This document shows, in pieces, positions 40,701 through 54,691 of a stretch of DNA of 64,000 bases. The number at the start of each line of letters is the position of its first letter. Position 1 is the stretch's first letter. The DNA is from Dimorphilus gyrociliatus (lineage: Eukaryota > Animalia > Annelida): the NCBI GenBank assembly GCA_904063045.1, contig CAJFCJ010000001.1, positions 744,001 through 808,000 on the forward strand, read 5' to 3'. The position numbers and the translations under genes were made by a program. The notes beneath the pieces were generated by a model. It searched no databases. It was not told where the DNA came from and saw only the letters and a program-made list of their open reading frames with translations.

Positions 40701-42759
40701 TGTGAAGTTCAGTTACTTTTGTTTCAAAGTCACTTTCCAAAGTTTTAAAATTATTAGCTAGAAACTGTCTTTCATTTTTAGACTTTTCAAGAGTTTTCTT
40801 TAAGTTATCAATTAATTCTTCTCGTTTTCCTAATTCATTTTCCAAAGAGCTAGAATGATCTTCTATTTTAGTAAGTTTTTCCAAAAAAGTATTGAGTTCC
40901 TCTGACTTTCTTCGATTTATATCCGTTTGTTCTTCGTATAGGCTTTTTAGCTTTTCTTTTTCAGAAATTGCTTTAAAAAAGTATAAGAAAACACTTGTAA
41001 ATATGTTTCAAATCAATAAACAATCAGAATTAAATGTCATATTTAAATATTTAAATATTTAATAATATCTTCTTACTGTCTTTTTGTTTAACCATCAGCG
41101 CTTGAACTTCTTCATTAAGTCTATCAATCATATCTGCTTGTTCAGCGTAAGTCCTTGTATTCTCTCTCCATTTTTTAATTTCTTTATTTCTCCTGTCCAA
41201 TTCGTGGCTGAAATGCGATTTTGTGTATATTGTAAGGACTGAATGAGCTGATCTAAGTAAACTCTCACCGAATAGATTTTATTAGTGTCAGAACGTCAAT
41301 TTCTTCGTTTGAACTCACAAATTCCATATAGGATCCATCGTAATTGGGTTTAGGTGAACTTGTTCTTGGACGGATATTTCGGGTAAAATCTTTTACAGTT
41401 TCATGAATAGAAGAATACAATTCATTCATTTGCAGTTCAAGATTTTCTATATGATTTTGTAAATCAACAATTTTTCTGTCATATTCAATTTCTTGACGAT
41501 CTAAATCTTCTTTTAATTGATCTCTGTCTGCTTGAATTTCTTGATTGGATCGAAGTTGTGTTTCCAAACAATCTATTCAAAATAATTACAATACAAGTGA
41601 CTTTCAATAACGGTTAAAAACTTAACCTACCTATTATGTCCGACTGACCGTTTAATAAGTCATTTACCTCGATCAACTGAACTTCAAATTTACCCTTTTG
41701 TTCTTCAGTCTCCTCTAATTTATTAACTAATGATCTTTTAAAATAAATAATTAACTTTTAAAATATGATGAAAAAAATTTGTCCTACGAGAATCTGTCTT
41801 TATAATCATCTAATTCATCCTTCAATCTGCAATTAGTTTGTTCAAGGCCACTTTTAGCTACAAGGGTACTTTCGTATTTGGTTTGTAGCTTCCTTTTTGA
41901 TTCCATCAGCTGTTTAGTAATCAAATGATTGTATGTTTAAATATTATTATCTTGTAAAAACCTTTTCGATAGTATCATCCTTTTCCTTCTTTATTCCCGT
42001 AAATGTCGATTCGAATTCCTTGACTTTAATAATAGCACCTTCTCTTTCGGCAGCCATCTGTTGATTACACCTTTTCTGTTCTGCAAGTTCATATCTCAAT
42101 CTAATCATATCTTCTTCAGCTTCTTTTAGAGAATTCTGAGCAAGAATAAGCTCCTTTTCCGATCGTTCTAGACACTCTGTTTTTTCTTCGTAAACCTCGT
42201 TCTCTTTCTTCAATCTTAACGATAGTTGTTCCATCTCTTTTGTAAGGACCACTTTCTAATGAATTAAGCAATAATAGAAATTATTGAACAATTGATATAA
42301 AATCTGTAAACAAACATCAGCTTTGATTTGACAAACTCTGTCGGTGGTATCTTCCAGTTGGAGCATTAGCTTATGATTCTGCTCCACTAAACGATCATTT
42401 TCAGATTGTATTCTTTCCAAGTGTTTCTTTGCTCTTTCGAGCTCATAACTTGTTCGTTTACTGGATTGCTGTTGGAGTTAATATTATTGAATAATTATTA
42501 AATCAACTAGCATAGTTTTTTACACACTTCCTTGAGTGATAGGGTTTCTTTTTTGAAAAACAACACTTACACTATTTGAACTTGTATCATTTATTGCAAG
42601 ATGATGTCCATCCGGAGCCTGCCGAACAGAATTTGAGCTGTTTGATCCCCCAAAATCATTAGATCTATCAGATAAATGCAAATCCTGTAAACTTCGCTTG
42701 GTTTTTTCCAATTTTTGTTTAATTGATTGAACATTTTTAAATATCGTATCTTCCTCCAT
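37787..42759 (-). CDS. Long coiled-coil protein (roughly 1200+ aa, about 14 exons) with a C-terminal Cys/His cluster; possibly centriolar (CEP128-like N-terminus)
   Basis: Successive E/K/L-rich heptad exons with GT-AG ends. N-terminus NVQSIKQKLEKTKRSL resembles the CEP128 N-terminal helix by recall. Last exon ends RDKLTSKFKTQK* (TAG 37787-37789). Orthology is uncertain. Confidence 0.75.
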
Positions 42760-42879
42760 TTGGCAAGTTTAAACTTGTAAACAATTCAGACTTATATTTT
42801 ATTTCAAAGGAATAAACTTAAAAAATGTATAGACTAGTTTTCACTAAAATATCTTTGAATCAATCTCCTAAATTGGTGT

Positions 42880-42893
42880 ATTGCTTAGGCAAC
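42880..42893. promoter_or_regulatory. RFX X-box-like element ATTGCTTAGGCAAC
   Basis: Perfect GGCAAC half-site plus TTGC in the palindromic position; 120 bp upstream of the coiled-coil ATG. Confidence 0.45.
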
Positions 42894-43322
42894 GTGATCC
42901 GCGATAATTAAATAATATTGTATTGTGGCCGATAATGAAGGAAGATGCCGGAAATAGTATGGTTCCTACTCCCAACCTTATAATTTGAAAGTTTACAAAT
43001 AGGTTTTTAAAAATCTCGATGAGATAGATTGCTTAAAAAATATCTATCACAGATATCAGTGTGGTTTAAATATAAAACTAAAAAACATCCAGAGTAAGAG
43101 ATGGAATGAATTTCTCTAGCTAGTTTACCTGTTTTAAAATTAGAAACAAATGTAGACATACTGAAAAACTGTTAATTAATAAGACAAACATTGTTTTCAT
43201 TACTTTCTCCATCTTGACTTAATTAATATTTTACTAAATAGTGATGAATAAAGATTAATCATTAAAATTGTTCATAAGAGGAAAATGTTACATCACACAA
43301 TTTCGATGTATACAATCACACA

Positions 43323-44902
43323 TTATGCAAAGTTATCTTTATCACCATAAACATAAAAATCTTTTAGAAGGTTTGTTTTAGTCAGACATATATCTTCTTC
43401 AACATTTCCATCAGCCTCTTCAACTGAATCACTAAATGTCTTAGTTGCTTCCTTTACAGCATTCTTAACTTTCTCAATGATATACTTTAATGGTTTTACG
43501 TTGAAATATGACATCAACCCTGCACATAGTATTCTCGCAAAGATACTTCCATCGCCGCTCGACCACTTTTTGGGAACTAGAATTAATATTTGTAAGTGTT
43601 AAAATTGAAGAGAATGTCCTTAAGTAAAGACTTACAATTAACTTTATGATAAATTAACATGGAATTTTTAGGAATCTCGATTAAATTTTTTTTTCTTGCA
43701 AGCTGAGTTTCACTTAAAGATACAGTATGGACTCCTTTTGTGATTCCTCGGACAGTTCTCTCTGATATTTAAATAGTGTTTATATTCCACAAAATTTGTA
43801 CATGAAATTATCTTTACCTTTTACATTCGGATAGAGCAGAAAGATAAAAATCTTTGGAATATTAACGATATGATTTTCTGAAAATTTATCATAAAATTCT
43901 CGAAAACTCATAGTTGTATCATTGGGTGGAATTGAGAATCCATCTTCTGTTTCCTTAGCGTGAACAACAATAACTGCCGCTGACGAATATTTCCATATCT
44001 GACGAAGCTTACTTAATTTTCCCTGATAAATGAATAAAGATACTTTTACTTATTGAATATACACTAATGTTAAAGATCGTACGATTATTTCATTTTCGCT
44101 CTGGCATACTGTTACTTGACAGCCGAGAGCAGTTAAAACGTCGTCTAACATGCTTCCATCATGTGAATCTTTAACGCAATCTATAATGAGACCTGATCCA
44201 TTTTTCAAATGATATGCCTTAAATGGGAAAAAAACCGATTAAAATATGTTAATAATATACTGTTTTTTTTTTGATGTGAACAGTTACCTTATCCAAGTCA
44301 ATATCTTCATGAATTTTAGAACTTCTATCAATCTGATCAATATTAATTGATGATGGTATTGTTTTTTCATACACTTAAGAAAAAGAACATAGTCTTCTGA
44401 AAAACTTTCAAAGATATTATACTGTATATTTACCGAGTTTTTTAACTGCGTTCATAAATTCAGTATCATGATTCCTTAGTTCACCGTATGGGTAAGGTTC
44501 CCCAGGTCTGAGGGCTTTGTGTGCTTGTCGTGCCAATACTGGATCTAGCATCTCAGCCAAATCAGACTGATTTGAATCGATTAAAGCTCTAAAAAGTGCG
44601 TTCCAGGCTCTGGATCCTGACTTTTGAAGCTGCATCCAAAATGCTGAATTTTTTTCATATGAGGTGGATTTTTTCTGGAATAGAAAACATTCTAATTAGT
44701 GAAAAATGACCTTCTATTCACTTTCTTTTCAATTTGTAACAACAGTGTTAATTGAAATGGTGTGAACCTGAATGATCTCTAACATTTCCAAACTGAAAAT
44801 GTTTTCTGCTAGAAAACAGTCAAGAAACAATCCATCAGTAGACAAATCTCTATTTAAGCGAACCATATTCTTTCTTATCTTGTCTCTATGTTCTTTTTCC
44901 AT
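43323..44902 (-). CDS. CARD + catalytically dead caspase-fold protein, copy A (7 exons, intact frame)
   Basis: CARD: MEKEHRDKIRKNMVRLNRDL..AWNALFRALIDSNQSDLAEML. p20-like: GLIID..DGSMLDDVLTALGCQVTV, AVIVVHA, PKIFIFLLYPN. p10-like: IPKNSMLIYH, WSSGDGSIFARILC, TNLLKDFYV. Stop at 43323-43325. Confidence 0.88.
43811..44224. repeat. 414-bp duplicated block, copy 1 (two exons plus a 60-bp intron)
   Basis: Base-by-base comparison with 45703-46116: constant offset 1892, no indels, 8 mismatches. Confidence 0.97.
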
Positions 44903-44977
44903 GATGTTGTCAACTTTCTTTTTTGCTTGTAGAAACAAGGATCTTCAATCTATTTACCTATTTATCGCTCAATAAGG

Positions 44978-44989
44978 CAGAGGGCACTA
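44978..44989 (+). promoter_or_regulatory. CTCF-like motif CAGAGGGCACTA between the two pseudocaspase genes
   Basis: 76 bp upstream of the copy A ATG; 12-nt match to the CTCF core. Confidence 0.4.
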
Positions 44990-45220
44990 TTTTTTAAAAA
45001 GATGTTTTCGTATTAACTTAATATTTTAAAGTTCCACTATTGTACAGAATTTGAACTTATAAGTGAACAAGTCCATGTTCAATTCACAAATTATTCTATT
45101 TAATCAAAATACCAAACTGTTATATGATCTAATACGTAATATAAAAATATCAGATATGTTATGAAACGCAAATTCAATATAGCACTATGAAATTATTCAG
45201 GTCTGTATTCAAATATGGAT

Positions 45221-47077
45221 TCATGGTTTGGAGTTACTTTTGAAAGAATACATGTAAAAGTTCTTGCAAAGGTTTGATTCCACAAGGCATATTTTATCTT
45301 TAGAAATTTCTTGTTTTCCCTTCTCACTTGTACTTTTGACACTTGAAGGAGTATTATCATATTCATTTTTCAGTTTCATCATAGTAGCATTGACTTTTTC
45401 AATTATATCTGGATGTATTGGTTTTTCGTAGCAATATGCCATTAATCCAGAAATAAGTACTTTTGTAAAGAGGCACACTTGGTTATCTTCGTATTGTTTT
45501 TGAACTGGTAGTAATTTTTAATAGTATAAAAGTTGATTAGAATGTTATCATATAAAATGTTACCCCTTATCTTGTGACAAATTACCATACTGTTTTTGGG
45601 AATATTAGTGACTTTACTAGTATTCTCTGTTGTTTTAGCTGACGCTTTTAATTAAGTAACGTTTACTACTAATATATTCAATGTGGCTTTTAAACAAAAT
45701 CTTCTTTACCTTTTACATTCGGATAGAGCAGAAAGATAAAAATCTTTGGAATATTAACGATATGATTTTCTGAAAATTTATCATAAAATTCTCGAAAACT
45801 CATAGTTGTATCATTGGGTGAAATTGAGAATCCATCTTCTGTTTCCTTAGCGTGAACAACAATAACTGCCGCTGACGAATATTTCCATATCTGACAAAGA
45901 ATACTTAATTTTCCCTGATAAATGAATAAAGATACTTTTACTTATTGAATATACACTAATGTTAAAGATCGTACGATTATTTCATTTTCGCTCTGGCATA
46001 CTGTTACTTGACAGCCGAGAGCAGTTAAAACGTCGTCTAACATGCTTCCATCATATGAATCTTTAACGCAATCTATAATGAGACCTGGTCCATTTTTCAA
46101 ATAGTATGCCTTAAATTGTGACAAATGATTAAAATATATTAATAATATACTGTTTTAGATAACGGTTACTCTCTCTGAATTGACATCTTCACAAACTTCA
46201 AACGTTGAATCAATCTGTATGTCCTCAAACGGTTTCTTTTCAAGAACTTAAGGAGAAAATAGAGAAAATTTTTTAAATAGCAGCAAGAGTATCAATTATT
46301 TACCATGGTCTCGTATCATATCATCGAAAACACTGTCAGTATTCTTCTCTTCATCAAAAGGGTATGTTTCATTTTCAAAAATTTCAGAAAAAATTTCTTT
46401 TGCAAATTTTCTATCTAAATAGTCCGCAATAGCCCCCTGTTGAGTTTCAAATAAAGCTATGAAAAGTACTTTCCAGGCTTGTTCTCCAGATGTTTGAATA
46501 TCCATCCAAACTCTGAAGTTCTTCTCATAATCCGAGTAATTGGACTGAAGGCAAAAAACTAAATAAATACTATTTTATTGAAGCTATATGCAACATCTTT
46601 ATTGATATAATTAATGAAAAAGCTTAAAAGTTAACTATGATTGATTTACTTTTCTGCTTTCATTTCAGAAGTAAAAAAAGCTTGTAAATGAATAAGGAAA
46701 CTACTATATGTAACGAGAGTCTAATCTAATATATTACAGTCTTCAATCACTATACTTATCCTGCCTGGAGTGTATCATCGCTCATACGATAAGCTTTTTT
46801 AATAGCTATGATACATTTATTAGTCTTTAAAGAAATCGATATTTTATCAATACTTTCTTTAAACTAACAATACTGAAAAATAAATTTTAAAAAATGGAAA
46901 CGTTAACATAGTCATTACCCCCAAAAATTCTATACATACTATATTTAATTTTTCCTCATAATCTTCTGAAAAAATATCTGTCTGAATAAGCTTTCCCATA
47001 AACAATGCATCAACCTTCAAATTCTTGGTTAAATGAACCAAGTTCTTTCTAATTTTATATTTTTGATTATCATTCAT
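45221..47077 (-). CDS. CARD + catalytically dead caspase-fold protein, copy B (7 exons, intact frame)
   Basis: CARD: MNDNQKYKIRKNLVHLTKNL..AWKVLFIALFETQQGAIADYL. Same p20-like block with VVHA and PKIFIFLLYPN. p10-like: IPKNSMVICH, CLFTKVLISGL, SNLCKNFYM. Stop at 45221-45223. Confidence 0.88.
45703..46116. repeat. 414-bp duplicated block, copy 2
   Basis: 98% identical to 43811-44224, including an identical intron. Confidence 0.97.
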
Positions 47078-47130
47078 GATTGAGTCCTATTTTCGTTTTC
47101 GATTAAATAAATGTAACGTATAATATGATA

Positions 47131-47141
47131 AAGATGGCGCT
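47131..47141 (+). promoter_or_regulatory. CTCF/YY1-like motif AAGATGGCGCT upstream of pseudocaspase B
   Basis: 54 bp upstream of ATG 47077, same orientation as the motif in front of copy A. Confidence 0.35.
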
Positions 47142-47843
47142 TCTTAGCTAAAGAAGTTTTCGTATAAAAAGTAATATTTAAAATCATAACCAGCCAATAT
47201 AGCTTCGTATCTATAAGTTATATTGAAAAAAAAAACAAACAATAAACCATTGCCAATATAATTGTTAGCAAGAAGTTTAAAATAGTTAATCACTACAGGA
47301 CAGGTTTTACAAACTAATTAACTGTTAATTACAAACTTTTGCCAACAAAGTGATACATTTAGTTCTGCAATTAGGTTACTATTGAAATGATAAAATAGTT
47401 ATAAGGTAATTAGTTTTATGATGATTCAGCGATTTTATTCGCAGATACAATATATATAATTATTGTTAATTCTTAGAATTATTAGTTTCATATCTACATA
47501 ATTAGGAAGTTTAGTATTCGATTGTATATTTGATCAAAAAGGATTAAAGTACGTGACAAAACTTCACAATATACAGAAGAGTTATTTTCTCATAGTTATT
47601 CATAACAATGAATTAATTTGTGTGTTTTATTAAGTTCAAATAAACGACATTTAACTATCTAATTTAAATATTATTATACCTGATGAGAGTTTTTATATTA
47701 CTTTTCTATTACAGAGAACTTACAACATTTATTTATATTTATACTAACTTCACTTTCATCTATTATTAATGTAAAGTTTAAATGGAAACAAGAAAAGGAA
47801 AAGAGAGAAAAAAAGAAAGGAAGAAAGGAAAAGAAATATCTAG

Positions 47844-49949
<2,106 letters not shown>

Positions 49950-50141
49950 TATTGATATAAGGAATTAAAGTTTTAGGCCATAATACACACATAAACACAC
50001 AGACATGTAACCACACGTATATACGCGCACAAGATCACTTATATATGAGATTTGAAGATAAGTTCAACATAATTTATGTTGAACTTAGGGAAAGAAAAGT
50101 AAAGCTAAATGATACAAGAACAACAGTTGCACAACGCATGT

Positions 50142-50150
50142 TGGGCGGAG
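50142..50150. promoter_or_regulatory. GC box TGGGCGGAG, proximal to E75
   Basis: Sp/KLF consensus about 190 bp upstream of the E75 ATG. Confidence 0.4.
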
Positions 50151-51132
50151 TTTGCGCATATCATTATAAATTCCCAACCAATCATCACTGCCCCGACGCT
50201 GTTCGCACACTTTTCCAGTTTAGTGCAACAAGTCGTCCTAAGGTCTTTGAAAAAGTGAAAAAAAGCGTATTCTATACTTCCTCTTTGGAAAATAATTTAA
50301 CGAATAAAACAAATGAAAAAGACTGGACTAACAACAGTTCACTCATAAAAGACACCAGAGATGTTCATTAAATATGTACTCCCTTAGTATCCTTTCTCAA
50401 AATGTAGGGAAAAAGAACAGACTATTGTGACAGAGTCTGTTAAAAGCCTACTATAAGAATTAAAATAAAATCTTTAATTGCCACAATAGGAATGAGAACA
50501 GTTATTTTTTGTATTTAAGGGAAAAGAAATAAGGGAATAGGAGAAAAAAAATTCCGACAGATAATATTTCATTTATGTAATAAGAACAAAGTAAATTCTG
50601 TTAAATGAAAATCTATTTTCTTTCTTTTTTTATTCTCTTCTTAATGAAAAGAAAAAGAAAACTAGAACTTTCTTAATTTGTACAAAAGAAAAGGAGGATG
50701 ATGAGAAATAACTTTTGAAACTTTATACGAAAATGTTTCAAGAACGTTTTCAATTTCATTTTAAGTAACTTTAACAGTGACAAAGAGAACGGATAATCAC
50801 GAAACATGAAAAATATCCCACTTAAAAGTAAGTGTGTATTTCATGAAATTTAAGATACGTGGATAGTGACTCTTTAGGTAAAAGAAAAAAAAACAAACAA
50901 CAGTAAACAAGATGATTTATTACGGATATTTAAATAGTTTTAGAAGAGAATAGCGTGCATTTTATATTTAATTTATTATTAGAGATTAGCGTCATTTGTT
51001 GAAACTTATACAATGTCTAAAAAATGCCAGGGTCAAAATAAAAACCGGGATAAGAGTCAGCTAACAAGCATAACCTTATTCAATCATTCCCTCTCAAGTG
51101 CCGCCCTTGCCAGTCAATTAGAAAGAACAAAG

Positions 51133-51257
51133 CGTGCAGTAGTTTGTCACATCATTCATTCTAATTACCTTCGTTGCTTAAGCTGCTATTCGATCATAGT
51201 GCGCCTTGTCAACTAACCGCTCTAACGAGATAATTATATCAAGCAAACTACTGCACG
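51133..51257. repeat. Inverted repeat / foldback with perfect 14-bp arms
   Basis: cgtgcagtagtttg (51133-51146) and caaactactgcacg (51244-51257) are exact reverse complements. Inner imperfect stem taattaccttcgtt / aacgagataatta. Confidence 0.85.
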
Positions 51258-51342
51258 TCTACTCCTTATTCCTAGACGCTTAACGCTTCATTTCCTAGTT
51301 TCAATAGCTTAACGCCCGTTCGTTTTCGTACAGGGAATCGCG

Positions 51343-51415
51343 TGGGCGGAGCCAAACTATCAGGTATACCATTGATTGCTCAACTATAATTATGGTTTGG
51401 GCAAGGGGTGGGGTA
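51343..51415. promoter_or_regulatory. Distal GC-rich element upstream of E75 (second TGGGCGGAG plus GGGGTGGGG)
   Basis: Identical 9-mer to 50142-50150 plus a CACCC-type box, in an otherwise AT-rich region. Confidence 0.4.
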
Positions 51416-53231
51416 TTATATTAAATTTCTGTTTGTTTAGTCTAAACTATATAATAACTCTATAGTATGATGAAGACATATTCAATCTCATGCTAATTAG
51501 ACACAATAATTGCAGCATTCGTAAAAAAAATTACAAAATGATCTTATTCTATTTTTAAGTAAAAACATAAAAACACCTTTTTTTTCTTTGTTTGCCTCAA
51601 ATCTAACATGGATTATGAAATTGTATATATCTATGTAAGCGAATCGTAATGCATTAGTTGGAATGCAAGAATACACCTTGACACGATATACATTAGCAGC
51701 TTTAACCAATGTATCAGAATTCGTTTCTTAAAAAATTTCTAACTGACGTATCTGATGCGTTAAAAATGTTTTGATGGTGTTCGCTGTTAAAGTATCGTGT
51801 TTGCTGTCAACACGAAATGCTAATTAGAGATGTATAATAGATCTCATTAGCAAAACTGGTTAGAAGGCTGCTAAATGTAAAGTTCAACAGAGTGATGTAG
51901 CAAATTAACTAATACCATAATTAGTCTACTAATATTCAAGTAAAGCCAATTAGAATAAGCTATAATATCTCTAAGATAAGAAAAGTATCATATATAGTCT
52001 TTATAATTCTCCACAGGTAGGACAATTTTTCTTCTGATAGAAATAATTGGAATTATTACGTCTTTTTCCTAAAACTTCAATTGCTCATCTTTACGTTTTC
52101 CTTTCATCTGAATTGTTAATTGCAGTCTCTTTATTAGAACTATTAAAAGAATATTAAGGATATTTTCAATATACATTATATATTAGTATATATATAATTG
52201 TATAATCCGTTCATTTCCATATCCGTTCAATGTATCTAGAAACGTATATTAATACAAAATGCATTTTGTTACATTTGAAATCTGGTAGATGGCGTATTGG
52301 TTCAAGAAACTAAGAAAGAATAGACATTAAATTTTTAGATGTATACTTAGATTTCTTCTTAATTCAATTGCCATACAAGATATGCTCTTATCAATTTCGA
52401 ATAAATAGTAAGAGATAACATTAAAATTAACTTATCAAAGTGTTTCCTTCAGTTAATATATTATTAGTATATAGAACATATAAACGGCGACCTGTTGGGA
52501 AGTAATAGTTTCTTTATTAAAAATCCTCTTATCATTTCGAAAACATTATTGAATAACTTGTAATTGTTTTTGTTTTTTGGGAATAATATTATGAAGACCA
52601 TATGTTGCCATTCTCGAAAGATTAGAACAAGCTGACTATGTTAAAAGGAACAGTATGTTCCAAATCCTGTATACAATAAAAGATTTGTCTTAGATCTATA
52701 TCAAAAGTATGTATTCAACAACATATACGCTCATAGATTTGTATATATCAGAATGTATAGAGTTTAGGAGGTTTCCCGAAAGAGATATTAAGAACGTGTA
52801 AATCTTTTTTACTACGTATTTAACTAATGATAAAAATAAATATGATTTGTGATCTTTAGATATCTGTACCAATTTTAGTTAAAAGGTCAATCTGAATCGT
52901 TATATAATTCAATATAATATTATCGAAACTAATACTCTGGTCTCTCTTATATGTTTTATGTATAACGTTCAGGTTTGAAAATTCGCCATTTCGGGACATT
53001 GTAACATGTGAAGAAATCCGTTCCAACAAATCCAAAATTTAATATCGCTCATGAGAAGTTCTCAATTTTATCACAATATTTCCTTTTCATCTTCGAAATA
53101 AAAGACATTTTTTTAAATAAAAAAGAAACGCAAGATATAAACATATACTTTTGAGTGTTCAAAAGAAAAGCACATTGCGCCAAAATTCCTTTCCCTCTGA
53201 ACACCAATATATAGATTATATTTTATAAGAA

Positions 53232-54665
53232 ATGAATGCGGTGGTGTCCTTGATGAAATATAAATCGTTACTTGTAACGCCTATAAGAAAGATGGCAGGG
53301 CATAATAAATGGTCAAATATTAAGCACATAAAAGCTGCAAAAGATTCTAAAAAAGCTGCAATATCAATGAAAATCATGCAAAAAATGCGTTTAGCAATAA
53401 AAGGTAGGTCAAATCTAAATAAGTTATTTATTAAAAGGAACAATAAAGTGCTAATTTTATAGAGGGAGGTAGTCATAAGCCAGAGTTAAATTCCAGATTA
53501 GCACGACTTGTGGACGAAGCCCGATCCAACAATATTCCTATGTCATCTGTTGAAAATGTTTTAAAATCAGCCGTAAGTTCTGCTATTGCTATATTTAGAG
53601 GATGTTAAATATTTATGAATATGTAATGTATTATAAATATGCATATTAGTAAGGTCATGTATTGTAATACCTAAAGGAAAAAAATAAAAATCAAGGTACA
53701 CATTTGTTTGTGGAAGGAAAAGGCCCAGGTGGCTGTATGATGATTGTTGAAGTTTTTTCTGATAATCCTAGACGAACTCGTCAAGAATTGAGTGCTGCTT
53801 TTAGAAAATCTGGGTAAAATATGAAAAGAAATATCTCCCCCTTCTAAAGTATACAAAAGATTATTTCTTTTAGGGGCGCCATTGGAGATTCAGGAACGGC
53901 GTCTCACGCCTACAATTACAAAGGAATTGTGAATGTAAGGCCTTTTTAGATTTCCAAAGTCTATTTTCACTTAATTAGTTTTACGTCAATGTCAGATATT
54001 GAAAGAAGGTTGCTCTCTTAACGCTGACGAAGCAACTGAATTAGCTATAGAATGCGAAGCGGAGGATGTATCGGAAACTGTTGATGACAATGGTAGAGAG
54101 GTGTGGCAAGTATGTATCTAATCGATTGCCTTACTTCTACTGAGAAAAGTCTTAAAAACCTATTTCCCTAGATCTATATATACAGTATATACATTATATA
54201 TCAATAGTTTATGCCAACATACTTTTTATTAAGTTATACACTTAATAGCTATTCATAATTAAGCTTACAAGGAATCATGTGACTTAACAATACGCTATAT
54301 GACTATTATTAAAAAAAAATCTACCTATATTCATATACATTGGATTTATGAAGGCCGTTCTATAAAAGCTTTTGTAGCCTAGTAGTCTGGATCTAAGTTG
54401 ATTTTTCCTAAGTCACCATGACTGCTCGTAAGAGAAATAATACTCGTCTTTTTTTCAGTTTATAACCGAAAGAAAAGATGTTCATAAAGTAAAGTCAGAA
54501 TTAGAAAAGAGAAGCTATAAATCAACTGAAGCTCGATTTGCCTACATACCAGAACTTTTTGTTGAGCTTGACGAACCGGTCTTAGCGGCCGCCATATCGT
54601 TATGCAATTATGCAGATCAAATGTCCGACGTAATAAGGGTGTACGATAATATAAAAATACAATGA
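53232..54665 (+). CDS. TACO1: Translational activator of cytochrome c oxidase 1 (YebC/TACO1), mitochondrial, 6 exons
   Basis: Presequence followed by MAGHNKWSNIKHIK; EGKGPGGC; ATELAIECEAEDV; AYIPELFVEL; DVIRVYDNI. Stop TGA at 54663-54665. Confidence 0.95.
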
Positions 54666-54669
54666 TTTA

Positions 54670-54691
54670 ATTAAAAACAAACTTTATTAAA
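54670..54691. terminator. Overlapping candidate poly(A) signals for the convergent TACO1 and TENT4 genes
   Basis: ATTAAA on + at 54670-54675 and 54686-54691; AATAAA on - at 54683-54688. Confidence 0.4.

Noticed and set aside
43820-43845. A shifted active-site Cys (reading FCSIR) in the caspase-like genes
   Set aside because: That reading is out of frame; the continuous exon frame gives PKIFIFLLYPNVK with no Cys.
50045-50371. 108-aa plus-strand ORF divergent from E75
   Set aside because: It overlaps the E75 promoter GC box, raised GC lengthens ORFs, and I found no recognisable motif.
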